A DNA stretch of 64,000 bases from an uncultured Gammaproteobacteria bacterium (GCA_964624315.1 CAZUWJ010000001.1:21160-85159); one strand, 5' to 3'; counted from the stretch's first letter, positions 1 to 8,383 are shown. Numbers and translations are program-made. The notes: a model not told the origin generated them from the letters alone.

Positions 1-186
1 AGTTTTGATTGTTATAGTTTCTCCATCAACCAAATCTTTAATTTTTTTAGTTTGACTATAATCTTCATAACGAAAAGGGAAGAAAAACAAAAAATCGCGG
101 ATATTTTTAATACCCAAACGTTTTAATTTATTAGGCACAGTTTTGGCCACTCCTTTTATATCTTTTATTGGAGCGCTAAGATTCAT
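1..186 (-). CDS. recG: ATP-dependent DNA helicase RecG, N-terminal fragment (gene continues beyond window start)
   Basis: Minus-strand translation from ATG at 186 reads MNLSAPIKDIKGVAKTVPNKLKRLGIKNIRDFLFFPFRYEDYS, matching the RecG N-terminal wedge region (LGI..v.DLLf.lPrRYED). It runs off the window edge. Confidence 0.5.
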   Translation of the reverse strand, partial: MNLSAPIKDIKGVAKTVPNKLKRLGIKNIRDFLFFFPFRYEDYSQTKKIKDLVDGETITIKT

Positions 187-188
187 AA

Positions 189-374
189 TTATTTTCTATT
201 CTTACTCTTTTTAACCCAATCCTCAATCACTAATTTATCCCCGACTTTTTTGATAACCACTTTCTGATTTTCTATCCAACCCAATTCTTTGACAAACTCT
301 ATCGGCAAGGCTACGGTATAGGTATACTTGGACTTTTGCAATTTATGAACTGGATTTTTGGCTCTACTTAGCAT
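189..374 (-). CDS. small AbrB/MazE/SpoVT-like DNA-binding protein
   Basis: 61 aa with core VALPIEFVKELGWIENQKVVIKKVGDKLVIE, typical of swapped-hairpin AbrB/MazE domains. A paralog lies at 41418..41591. Confidence 0.4.
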   Translation of the reverse strand: MLSRAKNPVHKLQKSKYTYTVALPIEFVKELGWIENQKVVIKKVGDKLVIEDWVKKSKNRK

Positions 375-587
375 AAATTTAGAGTTAAAATTAAAATAGT
401 ATGGTCGATAGACTAGTCTATTATAACATAAAATAAAAAAACGCTCCAGCAGAACATTTTTTTGTTTTTAATATATCTTTTGTTTCTTCCAGCTGTATTT
501 AGCGATCATTGACCACCGCCTTCTACTATCATATTAAAAAAAACGGCCTAGTAAAATTCTAGACCGTCTATAGGTAAGAGGATATTG

Positions 588-974
588 TTAGGGAATAGAG
601 GCGATTGCCTCGATCTCGACCATAACATCTAGCGGCAGTCGTGCCACCTGAAAGGCAGCCCGAGCCGGAGGATCATTTGGAAAGTATGTGGCATAAACGG
701 CGTTCATTTCCTGGAAACCACCTAGGTCCTGCATAAGAACAGTGGTCTTGACCACCTGATCCATGGAACCACCAGCTTCCTCCAGAATGGCCTTCATATT
801 TTCTAAGGCCCGGCGAGTTTGTTCTTTAATACCACCTTCAACCACCTTGCTGGTAGCAGGATCAACGGGTAGCTGTCCTGAGATGTACACCACACCATCT
901 TTCACTATAGCTTGGCTATACGGACCAATTGCCGATGGTGCTTTATCGGTACTCACTACTTTAAGTTTGCTCAT
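588..974 (-). CDS. ridA: RidA/YjgF/TdcF family reactive-intermediate deaminase
   Basis: 128 aa: TDKAPSAIGPYSQAIVKDGVVYISGQLPVDP ... RAAFQVARLP, full-length RidA signature. GC content is clearly above the window background. Confidence 0.85.
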   Translation of the reverse strand: MSKLKVVSTDKAPSAIGPYSQAIVKDGVVYISGQLPVDPATSKVVEGGIKEQTRRALENMKAILEEAGGSMDQVVKTTVLMQDLGGFQEMNAVYATYFPNDPPARAAFQVARLPLDVMVEIEAIASIP

Positions 975-1167
975 ACAAATCTCCTTGGTTCAAAAGCGTT
1001 TAAGTTAACTTAATAATACACTCTTTTTAGAAAAAGTCAAGGGCTAAAGAAGGAAATAAAAAATATCGCATAACTTAAAAAGGCATCTAGTTTTTTATAG
1101 CAATTGCAATATAACTTGAGGATAAAAAAATAGCGTACTAAAAAACATCGCTTTCACGATGTTTTTT

Positions 1168-1261
1168 GTGCACTTGCTCGGTCTAGAACCAAAGAAGTCT
1201 GGTCAGCCAAGGGCTTTTTCAAAGGTTTAATAAAATTTAGTAATAAGCCTATCGGTCGGGG
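1168..1261. repeat. 94-bp direct repeat DR1 (distal flank of DGR cassette), pseudo-tRNA 3'-half-like
   Basis: The first 59 bp are identical to 4590..4648 and the remainder is near-identical. An AACATCGctttcaCGATGTT hairpin plus T-run lies immediately upstream. Confidence 0.8.
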
Positions 1262-1382
1262 ATATTTTTAAGATTTTAAGGAGTTTTTAGCAATGTCCCA
1301 AGGATAATTATTATTGCCTAAAATAAGCAATTTATAGTGTGGGACAGGATATATGTTACGAATTGTCTTTTTAAAGTTAATA

Positions 1383-1420
1383 GAAAAAAACAGGCACCTA
1401 CTAAAACAGTAGGTGCCCAA
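1383..1420 (-). terminator. rho-independent terminator after DGR target gene
   Basis: Minus-strand hairpin GGGCACCTACTgtttTAGTAGGTGCC followed by a T-run. It is preceded by the GC hairpin CCGCCgaagGCGG (1431..1443). Confidence 0.55.
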
Positions 1421-1505
1421 AAATCTCGACCGCCTTCGGCGGAAAGTCAAAAATCAATTGAAAAAGATTCAAAAGATTCAAGATTTCCAGACCTCAAGAG
1501 TCGAT

Positions 1506-2369
1506 TTACTGCGGGAGAAAGCCAGATGCCGAACCACAGCCGTCGCGGACACCGCCGACATCGCTCGTGCCGAGCCCGACCCCGCCGTCGCCGAAGAAGA
1601 AGTAGAATGCCTCGGAAAAACGGCCACCGGCCTCTGGAGCGAATTCATCACCTGGGCAGTCAATCCAAAGGTCATCGTAATTCATCAGACGTTCGGGGTG
1701 AGTCAAAATCATGATTCCGACAGCGAAACTTCCTAGACCAAACTCACTGGCATTCATAATTTCGCGTGCCCGACGGACGGATTTACCACGATGGTTCAAT
1801 CCAAACTGAGCCGGAACAACGAGAATGTCGTGATCTTTCTGATCATCGCCGAGCTTCTGGAATGAATTGACTGACTTCTGCGACTGACGCAGGTACTGCG
1901 CGCTGAGCTGACCTTCACGGTAGTTGTATAAATTGCCGTCTCTGGTCTGTTTGATCAAGTTGAGTACCTTTTGCACGGCTTCGCCGTAGGTCGGGGCGAT
2001 CTTCTCCCATCTTGGAATGGCGAACCATCCCTCGGCATTTGACGGGATATCTCCGTTGGCAAGAATTTCATCCACTGTGCCAAGTTCCGGGAACAACTGA
2101 TGCAGAGTAGCGACCTGCTCGGCGATATCCTTACCCTTGGGTTTGTAACCCGAAAGGTACTTATAATTGGACTCGACTTCCTCGTGGGCGAACTGGTTGT
2201 TCACGGAGAGTTCACGAATGGCGGAGATGATTATCGCCTGAAACTCGTCACCTTTCTCGATGAGCTTCTGGAGTCCGTCTTTATCGAGACCGACTTCGGT
2301 TAAGGCCTTATCCGCGGAATCTTCAATGAACCTTCTGTACTGTTTCTTCTGTCCTTTGGTGATCGCCAT
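1506..2369 (-). CDS. DGR target (variable) protein; C-terminal 43 codons are encoded by the VR
   Basis: 287 aa, about 50% GC, with an AGGAGG SD upstream. The 3' end is the VR. VR-encoded tail YFFFGDGGVGLGTSDVGGVRDGCGSASGFLPQ corresponds to TR-encoded YFNFNDGKVKLDTNDVDNVNDNYGSASGFIPK (AAC/AAG codons). Confidence 0.75.
   Translation of the reverse strand: MAITKGQKKQYRRFIEDSADKALTEVGLDKDGLQKLIEKGDEFQAIIISAIRELSVNNQFAHEEVESNYKYLSGYKPKGKDIAEQVATLHQLFPELGTVDEILANGDIPSNAEGWFAIPRWEKIAPTYGEAVQKVLNLIKQTRDGNLYNYREGQLSAQYLRQSQKSVNSFQKLGDDQKDHDILVVPAQFGLNHRGKSVRRAREIMNASEFGLGSFAVGIMILTHPERLMNYDDLWIDCPGDEFAPEAGGRFSEAFYFFFGDGGVGLGTSDVGGVRDGCGSASGFLPQ
1509..1637 (-). repeat. DGR variable repeat (VR)
   Basis: 129 bp aligned base by base to TR 2873..3001. 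There are 105 identities and 24 mismatches, and every mismatch is an A in the TR replaced by G, T or C in the VR. Confidence 0.85.
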
Positions 2370-2872
2370 AGCGTCATCCTCCTTCTAAAATTACTGGAAC
2401 CGCTCCAGTAGGCGTTGCCTCTAATGAGGCGAGTGTACTAAATATATTAATATATATCCAATATGCTCGCCTCATTTTATGCAGTAAAATTAATGTTTTT
2501 AAAGAACAATTTAATAGTCTAGTATATCATAAATTGGGAGTTTTGTCAATGTTTGATTTTTAGCGGATGTAAATATGATAATTACTGTTAATTTTATCTT
2601 TTGTATGATAACATAAATTTGAGCATAGGCTAATGTTTGGCAGTTTACGAATTGCCAACGCCGAACTCTCTCTTTAACTAAAACAGCCAGAGTCGTGGCA
2701 ATTAAGGTTGTCATGAGCGTGTTGGTTTAAGGAGATACTGCTTGCTTTTACCTAGTACGGATTTCCATTTGGAATACCATCAAATAAAATACAGGGTTGA
2801 AAATATATAATTCCACAGCCAGTGGAAAGTAAAATTTAAGACCTAGTGATAATAGATGGGTAGAAGTGATAA

Positions 2873-3001
2873 CCAGAAGCCGATGGCCGTTTTTCCAAGG
2901 CATTCTACTTCAACTTCAACGACGGCAAGGTCAAGCTCGACACGAACGATGTCGACAATGTCAACGACAACTATGGTTCAGCATCTGGCTTTATCCCGAA
3001 G
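2873..3001 (+). repeat. DGR template repeat (TR)
   Basis: Invariant partner of the VR. It is A-rich at variable sites (AAC/AAG codons in the VR reading frame) and has no long ORF. The six-frame ORFs 2856..3125 and 1478..1675 are artefacts of this repeat. Confidence 0.85.
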
Positions 3002-3014
3002 TCTCTCCTTATTA

Positions 3015-3043
3015 AAAAGAGTATCCACTAAACGGATACTCTT
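3015..3043. terminator. hairpin between convergent TR and avd
   Basis: AAAGAGTATCCactaaacGGATACTCTTT inverted repeat lying between the TR end and the avd stop codon. Confidence 0.35.
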
Positions 3044-3390
3044 TAAAATTTTACTGATTTTATCCAACCGCCCAACATTCGTCCGATTTCATCAACTATA
3101 CTTTCTAAAGCGACGTACTTTTTAATATCAATTGTTTTAGTGTCTTTCATTAGGCGTATAAAAACACGTAACATGTTTAATTTTATACTACACTTCTCAA
3201 GTGTGGGTAGTTTGTTAGCTTTTTGTTCACCACTGGCTTTAATAATGCTTTCAATTATATCTAAGATTAATTTATCTCCGCGTTCAAAAATTGTATATCT
3301 ATCTTGTTTGGACACAATCTTGCGATATCCATGGAAAAGTTTATATAAATCGTAAGATTTTTTAAAAATTGGAATATCGAAGTCGTTCAT
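3043..3390 (-). CDS. avd: DGR accessory variability determinant (Avd; four-helix-bundle family)
   Basis: 115 aa. C-terminus DEIGRMLGGWIKSVKF matches the Bordetella bAvd C-terminal motif (aEvGRiLGsWiarv). Its size and position between TR and RT fit Avd. It lies on the strand opposite to TR and RT. Confidence 0.6.
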   Translation of the reverse strand: MNDFDIPIFKKSYDLYKLFHGYRKIVSKQDRYTIFERGDKLILDIIESIIKASGEQKANKLPTLEKCSIKLNMLRVFIRLMKDTKTIDIKKYVALESIVDEIGRMLGGWIKSVKF

Positions 3391-3413
3391 AAAATGTTTT
3401 AACTAATTTATTT

Positions 3414-4463
3414 ATGAGAATTTACCGTAATTTATTTGATAAAATTATTTCTCTAGAAAATTTAATGTTGTCTTGGGAAAAATTTCGTCGTGGAAAAACC
3501 GGAAAACCTGATGTACAAAAATTTGAGTTTAATTTAGAAGAAAATATTTTTAATCTTCATCGGGAATTGAAAAATAAGACATATATACATGGCAAATACA
3601 CTGGATTTTATATTACTGACCCAAAGACTCGACATATACATAAGGCAACTGTGAAAGACAGGGTATTACACCACGCTATTTTTAGAATTTTAAACCCTGT
3701 TTTTGAAGAGACTTTTATCTCTAACTCATTTTCTTGTAGAGTAAATAAAGGAAGTCATTTGGGAGTTGAGAAACTTGCTAGTATGATTAGGTCTGAAAGT
3801 AAAAATTATACTTCACCATGTTTTGTTTTAAAGTGCGATGTTAAAAAGTTTTTTGATTCAGTTGATCATCATATACTTTTGAAAATTATTAAAAGAAGAA
3901 CATGTAATAATAGCACGAGTTGGCTAGTGGGTCAAGTGATAAAAAGTTATTCAGCCAAGCAAACCGACCTTTTTAACCGACAGGGAATACCAATAGGTAA
4001 TTTAACTTCTCAATTGTTTGCCAATATTTATTTAAACGAGCTTGATCAGTATATTAAAAACAAATTAAAGGTAAAATATTATGCCAGATATACAGATGAT
4101 TTTGTTATAGTTTCCAAGAATAAAAAATATTTAAGAGGGCTGTTAGACCCTCTTAAAGAAATGCTATTTGAAAAATTAAAATTAGAACTTCATCCGCAAA
4201 AAGTTTCCATTGAAAATATTAATAGCGGGATAGATTTTTTAGGTTATGTTATTTTTCCACACCATACTCTGATTCGTCAAAAAACTAAACGTCGAATGTT
4301 TAAAAAACTAAAAAGAGCAGTTAAACAATACAAACAGAAAGAAATTAGTCAGGAAACTTTAGAACAAAGTTTACAATCCTACTTAGGAGTTTTATCTCAC
4401 GCCAACGCTTACAAATTAAGTCAAGATTTAAAAAATATGTATTGGTTTTGGTTGAATGAGTAA
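3414..4463 (+). CDS. DGR reverse transcriptase
   Basis: 349 aa. YARYTDDFVIV (YxDD) catalytic motif, QGIPIGNLTSQLFANIYLNELD motif ([I/L]GxxxSQ, diagnostic of DGR RTs versus group II QGxxxSP) and N-terminal LENLMLSWEKFRRGK. Confidence 0.85.
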   Translation: MRIYRNLFDKIISLENLMLSWEKFRRGKTGKPDVQKFEFNLEENIFNLHRELKNKTYIHGKYTGFYITDPKTRHIHKATVKDRVLHHAIFRILNPVFEETFISNSFSCRVNKGSHLGVEKLASMIRSESKNYTSPCFVLKCDVKKFFDSVDHHILLKIIKRRTCNNSTSWLVGQVIKSYSAKQTDLFNRQGIPIGNLTSQLFANIYLNELDQYIKNKLKVKYYARYTDDFVIVSKNKKYLRGLLDPLKEMLFEKLKLELHPQKVSIENINSGIDFLGYVIFPHHTLIRQKTKRRMFKKLKRAVKQYKQKEISQETLEQSLQSYLGVLSHANAYKLSQDLKNMYWFWLNE

Positions 4464-4589
4464 AATTATTTTTTAATTCAAAGTCAATCAAAAAAACACC
4501 ATAAATTGGTGTTTTTTTGATGTATCTCGGTCACTAGCTGTAATTACTAGAGGGTCAACCCTCGTCGCTAGAAACCGTGCACTAGAGTG

Positions 4590-4682
4590 TGCACTTGCTC
4601 GGTCTAGAACCAAAGAAGTCTGGTCAGCCAAGGGCTTTTTCAAAGGTCTTCTGAAATTTTGCAATAAGCCTCTCGGTCGGGG
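4590..4682. repeat. direct repeat DR2 (proximal flank of DGR cassette), pseudo-tRNA 3'-half-like
   Basis: Copy of 1168..1261. Its reverse complement parallels the 3' half of tRNA-Arg 7652..7723 segment by segment (anticodon-stem, variable loop, T-arm, acceptor; ends in GTGCA). Confidence 0.8.
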
Positions 4683-4683
4683 T

Positions 4684-5676
4684 TTAAATTTGTGAACTAA
4701 ACGGCAAAGTCTGGATAAAGTTTGTCATAAAATTCCAGTCTGGTTTACCGTTTTTAGTTGGGAGTTTTATTTTAATATCACCAGTTCTTTTGCTGGCAAC
4801 TCTACCATAATTAAAACGATATTTTTCTTTATTTATTATTGTTGCAATAAAAAGTAATATTGCCGTATTTACATTATCAAATTTTGCAATTAATGCTTTC
4901 GTTCGTGTTCCTAAATAATAATTTTGTGGTTGAGTGGTAGCAAAGAAATTACCCCTATCTGCAAGAGTTAAAGAATTTTCATGATTATATAATTTATAGT
5001 TGGGTAATTCACTTGTGTGGGCGACAACTCCGTTGTTGATAGCACTGTGTCCAATAACTGGATTTTTACCAATTAAACTCGAATAATATAACAAATCTTT
5101 TCCAGTTTCTATGTTAAATAAATCACTTAATTTGTAAATTTTCCATTTATTTATATTTAATTGTGGTGTTGCTAAGTTTTTATTTGGTTTTTTAGCATAT
5201 TGATAATTGTGCGTGTGTTCGCCAATAAACTTTTCCATAAAATTCCAGTCTGGTTTACCATTTTTAATTGGGAGTTTTATAGAACATGATTTTAAACGTT
5301 CTTGACTGGCTTTTCGTCCGTAATTATAGCGGTATTGTTCTCGATTTATAATTGTCAATAAAAACATCGCAATATTTTTTGTCATTTCAAACTTTGGAAT
5401 TAGCTTTTCTACATGGTCGCTGGCAGAAAAATCAGTATCTTGATAAGAACAATAGCCAAGCACAGCACTGTCAATGATCAAAACACCGCCTTTTTCAGTG
5501 GAGAAATTATAAAAACCTTCAACGCCGTTATTTGTGGCTTGAGTGGTTACAAATGGATTTTTTCCGATTCCGTATTCTTGTAATTCTAGAATAGGTGTTG
5601 TTTTACTTCCTTTAATTTTAAACAAATCGGAAAGATTAAAACTTTGCCAGTTTGTTGTATTAATTTTATTTATCAT
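4684..5676 (-). CDS. Type IIB (BcgI-like) restriction-modification specificity subunit with two target-recognition domains
   Basis: 330 aa. Two internal repeats share the motif NYGR.AS.R...IKLP.KNGKPDWNFM (a duplicated TRD). It overlaps the upstream R-M gene by 11 bp. Confidence 0.6.
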   Translation of the reverse strand: MINKINTTNWQSFNLSDLFKIKGSKTTPILELQEYGIGKNPFVTTQATNNGVEGFYNFSTEKGGVLIIDSAVLGYCSYQDTDFSASDHVEKLIPKFEMTKNIAMFLLTIINREQYRYNYGRKASQERLKSCSIKLPIKNGKPDWNFMEKFIGEHTHNYQYAKKPNKNLATPQLNINKWKIYKLSDLFNIETGKDLLYYSSLIGKNPVIGHSAINNGVVAHTSELPNYKLYNHENSLTLADRGNFFATTQPQNYYLGTRTKALIAKFDNVNTAILLFIATIINKEKYRFNYGRVASKRTGDIKIKLPTKNGKPDWNFMTNFIQTLPFSSQI

Positions 5677-7540
5677 CTTTTATTCCTAATTTGAATAATG
5701 TGAATTGTTTTATTGTATTAGCAAAATCATCAACAGATAAATCAGAATAATTAGTTTCCATATATGCTTCAGCGCACCATTCATTATCAGCGGTAATTTT
5801 TTTAAGGATAGACAAACCAGCAATATCTTTGTGGTTTCGATAATTTGTAATCCAATTATATTTTATACCATCTTTATAATTGTTTTCTGTAGCACCTTCA
5901 AACTTACCAAATAAGTCAATCCTACCTTTGTTTTTTCGTTTAACAAAACCATCGTCTTTGTAATAGCCAAGATAAACTTCTTTATCGGATGGATGTGGAC
6001 GTTTGGCGGTGAAAACCATTATACAAGACACCACCCCGACTTTAGAATTAAAGAATAATTCATCAGGCATTGAAAAAACCGCTTCCAATGTATGGTATTT
6101 TAAAATTTTTTTCTTGTAGTCGTATACTTTACCACTAGTGGCTAATGCTTCTTGCATTGGGACAATTGCTGCGCATAAACCGCCTTGTGATAAACAATCG
6201 AGATTGTTTAAAATAAATTCATATTCATCAATATCTGTCTTTTTATCATTTTTATATGGGGGGTTTAGTAATCCAACATTTGGCTTTTTTTCTTTAACGG
6301 ATTTAATAATATCTTTATCAAAACAACTACCGTGATTAATGTTGGTTTTACCATCTTGGTGAATGAACATGTTTGAGCAAGCGAGAGGAAATATTTTATC
6401 AGACTGTTCTGTGCCAATCAGTTGTTTTGATTTAATTGATTTTATTTTTTCTTCATCACCTTGGGCATTTTTAATCATAATATTCATTGCAGAAACTAAG
6501 AAGCCACCAGTTCCTGTACAATTATCATACACAACACTATCTTTGTTTACTTGAACTAATTCTGCCATGAATTCGGTTATGTGTGGAGGAGTTAGAACAA
6601 TACCTAAGCCTTTGTCGGAATTGGCATAACGTAAAAATTCAATATAAAGCTGTCCTAGAGCATCAAAATATTCATGGGTTTTAATAAAATCTTGAATATT
6701 TTCTTTTATATCAGTGATAATATCTCGTAAATCAGTATTATTTTTATTAGTTAAAGCTGTATTGCCAACAATTAATTTGAAGCGGTTTTCCAAAATTTTT
6801 AATTTAGTCTCACCAATTTTACCAGTTTCAAACATGTTATGGGTTGTTAAAATCAGAAAATCGGCAAGTTGCTTGGCATCAGAGTAGTTAATATAAGTTG
6901 TTGCAAAGCTATTGTTTTCAAGAGCGATTAAAATACAAGCAATCAGTAAGGCTCTTTCGTCTTCAGCAATTTTTAGTTGATGAAGTTTTTTGTTAAGTTT
7001 TTGTGAGAAAGCAAGTAATGATTGATAATCTTGACGGAACTTCTCTGGACTTTTGATATATCCATTTAAATAATCATTGAGCGGTAAAAGTTTGTCATCA
7101 AAAATTGGTGTGGCAATTTGTTCACCTTTAAGTTGTAAAAAATGAGAAATTTTTAATTCATTTGGTCTTTCACCGCTTATAGCAATAGCAAGAACATCAA
7201 AACTTTTAGATAGAAATGAACTATAAAGTTTGATACCGTCTATTGCATAGTCAGCATATTTATCAGATGTTTTGCTTTTGTGTTTGGAGGTGTTTCCTTT
7301 GCACTCTACGGCAATAATAAAATTAGGGTTGTTGCGATTTTGAATAATAAAATCTGGACGACCTTTACCAGAGCCGTCTTTTTTAGATGCGTTAGATAAC
7401 ATTTTGTTGATTTTGTCATTTCTGGAAGTTTGACGTTCATAAATCCAGTCATGTTTATTTGTATCAAGAGCCACCGCGTCAGCATACTTTTTTACAAAAT
7501 CTTCAAAAATTGTTTCTGTATTTGTTTCGTTTACTGTCAT
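5666..7540 (-). CDS. Type IIB (BcgI A-like) bifunctional restriction endonuclease / N6-adenine DNA methyltransferase
   Basis: 624 aa. N-terminal PD-(D/E)xK (GRPDFII ... IAVECK), then MTase motif I VYDNCTGTGGFL and motif IV NPPY (gamma-class order). Confidence 0.7.
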   Translation of the reverse strand: MTVNETNTETIFEDFVKKYADAVALDTNKHDWIYERQTSRNDKINKMLSNASKKDGSGKGRPDFIIQNRNNPNFIIAVECKGNTSKHKSKTSDKYADYAIDGIKLYSSFLSKSFDVLAIAISGERPNELKISHFLQLKGEQIATPIFDDKLLPLNDYLNGYIKSPEKFRQDYQSLLAFSQKLNKKLHQLKIAEDERALLIACILIALENNSFATTYINYSDAKQLADFLILTTHNMFETGKIGETKLKILENRFKLIVGNTALTNKNNTDLRDIITDIKENIQDFIKTHEYFDALGQLYIEFLRYANSDKGLGIVLTPPHITEFMAELVQVNKDSVVYDNCTGTGGFLVSAMNIMIKNAQGDEEKIKSIKSKQLIGTEQSDKIFPLACSNMFIHQDGKTNINHGSCFDKDIIKSVKEKKPNVGLLNPPYKNDKKTDIDEYEFILNNLDCLSQGGLCAAIVPMQEALATSGKVYDYKKKILKYHTLEAVFSMPDELFFNSKVGVVSCIMVFTAKRPHPSDKEVYLGYYKDDGFVKRKNKGRIDLFGKFEGATENNYKDGIKYNWITNYRNHKDIAGLSILKKITADNEWCAEAYMETNYSDLSVDDFANTIKQFTLFKLGIKDDK

Positions 7541-7651
7541 ATGATTACATTATACCATAATTATTTAAAATTGAGTAATAATTAATAGTTAACAAAAAAC
7601 ATCGTTTTTCACGATGTCTCTCGGTTGCATATGAGGTCTCACTAGCGTGTG

Positions 7652-7723
7652 CACCCACTAGGAATCGAACCTAGATCGTCGGCTCCGCAAGCCAATGTTC
7701 TATCCATTAAACTATGGATGCTT
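7652..7723 (-). tRNA. tRNA-Arg (anticodon GCG by manual folding)
   Basis: Manual cloverleaf on the minus strand. Acceptor GCATCCA/TGGGTGC, D-stem GTTT/GAAC, anticodon stem TTGGC/GCCGA with loop TTGCGGA, T-arm CTAGG-TTCGATT-CCTAG, discriminator A. CCA is not encoded. Confidence 0.7.
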
Positions 7724-7788
7724 ATGTATTTAAAACGGAGTTTATAATAACATAAACTCCGTAAGATATCAAGTCTTTAACATTTTAC

Positions 7789-8292
7789 TTATAAATTAAA
7801 CATTCTAGACAAACGATCAGACAACGGCTCTTCTTCTTCATCTAAATTTTCTTCTAAAAACTGCTCCAAATAATCTCGCACGGGTCTAGGATCATTATCT
7901 AACAAAGGAATACTTATCCTGTTTTTTAAAACACTTTTAGTAATTAAATACAAATTTTTGACATAGGGAGGATCATAAATTATCCAATACTGATCTAATT
8001 CTGAAAAACGATAGAATTTTTTACCTACCAAAACCCCGGTCTCAGTAACTGCTATATCTAACTCTAATGGCTCTTGAATTTCATGCATAAATAAAACTAT
8101 TCCAAACAACACAATAATTAGAGAAAATAAATAATTGTCAGTAAAAATACTATAAACTAGAAGTAACACCGTAATAACCCCCATAATCATATACCACCGT
8201 CTATCGCGAGGAGTTTTTTCATATTCTCTAATTTTCCAGCCAAACATGACATCTCCCAAATTAACATCTCTTTTTGTAATATCTTGAGGCAT
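7789..8292 (-). CDS. hypothetical membrane protein (two N-terminal TM helices, acidic C-terminus)
   Basis: 167 aa ORF with hydrophobic segments MIMGVITVLLLVYSIF and LFSLIIVLFGIVLF. No recognisable catalytic motif. Confidence 0.3.
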   Translation of the reverse strand: MPQDITKRDVNLGDVMFGWKIREYEKTPRDRRWYMIMGVITVLLLVYSIFTDNYLFSLIIVLFGIVLFMHEIQEPLELDIAVTETGVLVGKKFYRFSELDQYWIIYDPPYVKNLYLITKSVLKNRISIPLLDNDPRPVRDYLEQFLEENLDEEEEPLSDRLSRMFNL

Positions 8293-8383
8293 ATATTTAG
8301 ATTATTTATAATTTAGAGTTAAAACTAGCAAAAAACCATACCTTAATTATACAAAATTTATGACAAAAAATCAAATCAACTGG

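Noticed and set aside
1337-1736. Three overlapping six-frame ORFs (1337..1714, 1413..1736, 1478..1675) in the GC-rich segment
   Set aside because: They are frame artefacts of the DGR VR region, which is high GC and low in stop codons. The real coding frame is the minus-strand target gene 1506..2369. The ORF 1478..1675 resembles ORF 2856..3125 only because the VR and TR are homologous.
2856-3125. 89-aa ORF spanning the template repeat
   Set aside because: It is the TR read in an open frame. A TR is non-coding by definition here, with no SD and a Ser/Thr-rich nonsense product, and its similarity to the VR-derived ORF is purely nucleotide-level.
4464-4589. Integrase or recombinase between the RT and DR2
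   Set aside because: Only a terminator hairpin and about 70 bp of non-coding sequence are present. No ORF exists to support an integrase, so island mobility must have depended on a factor encoded elsewhere or since lost.
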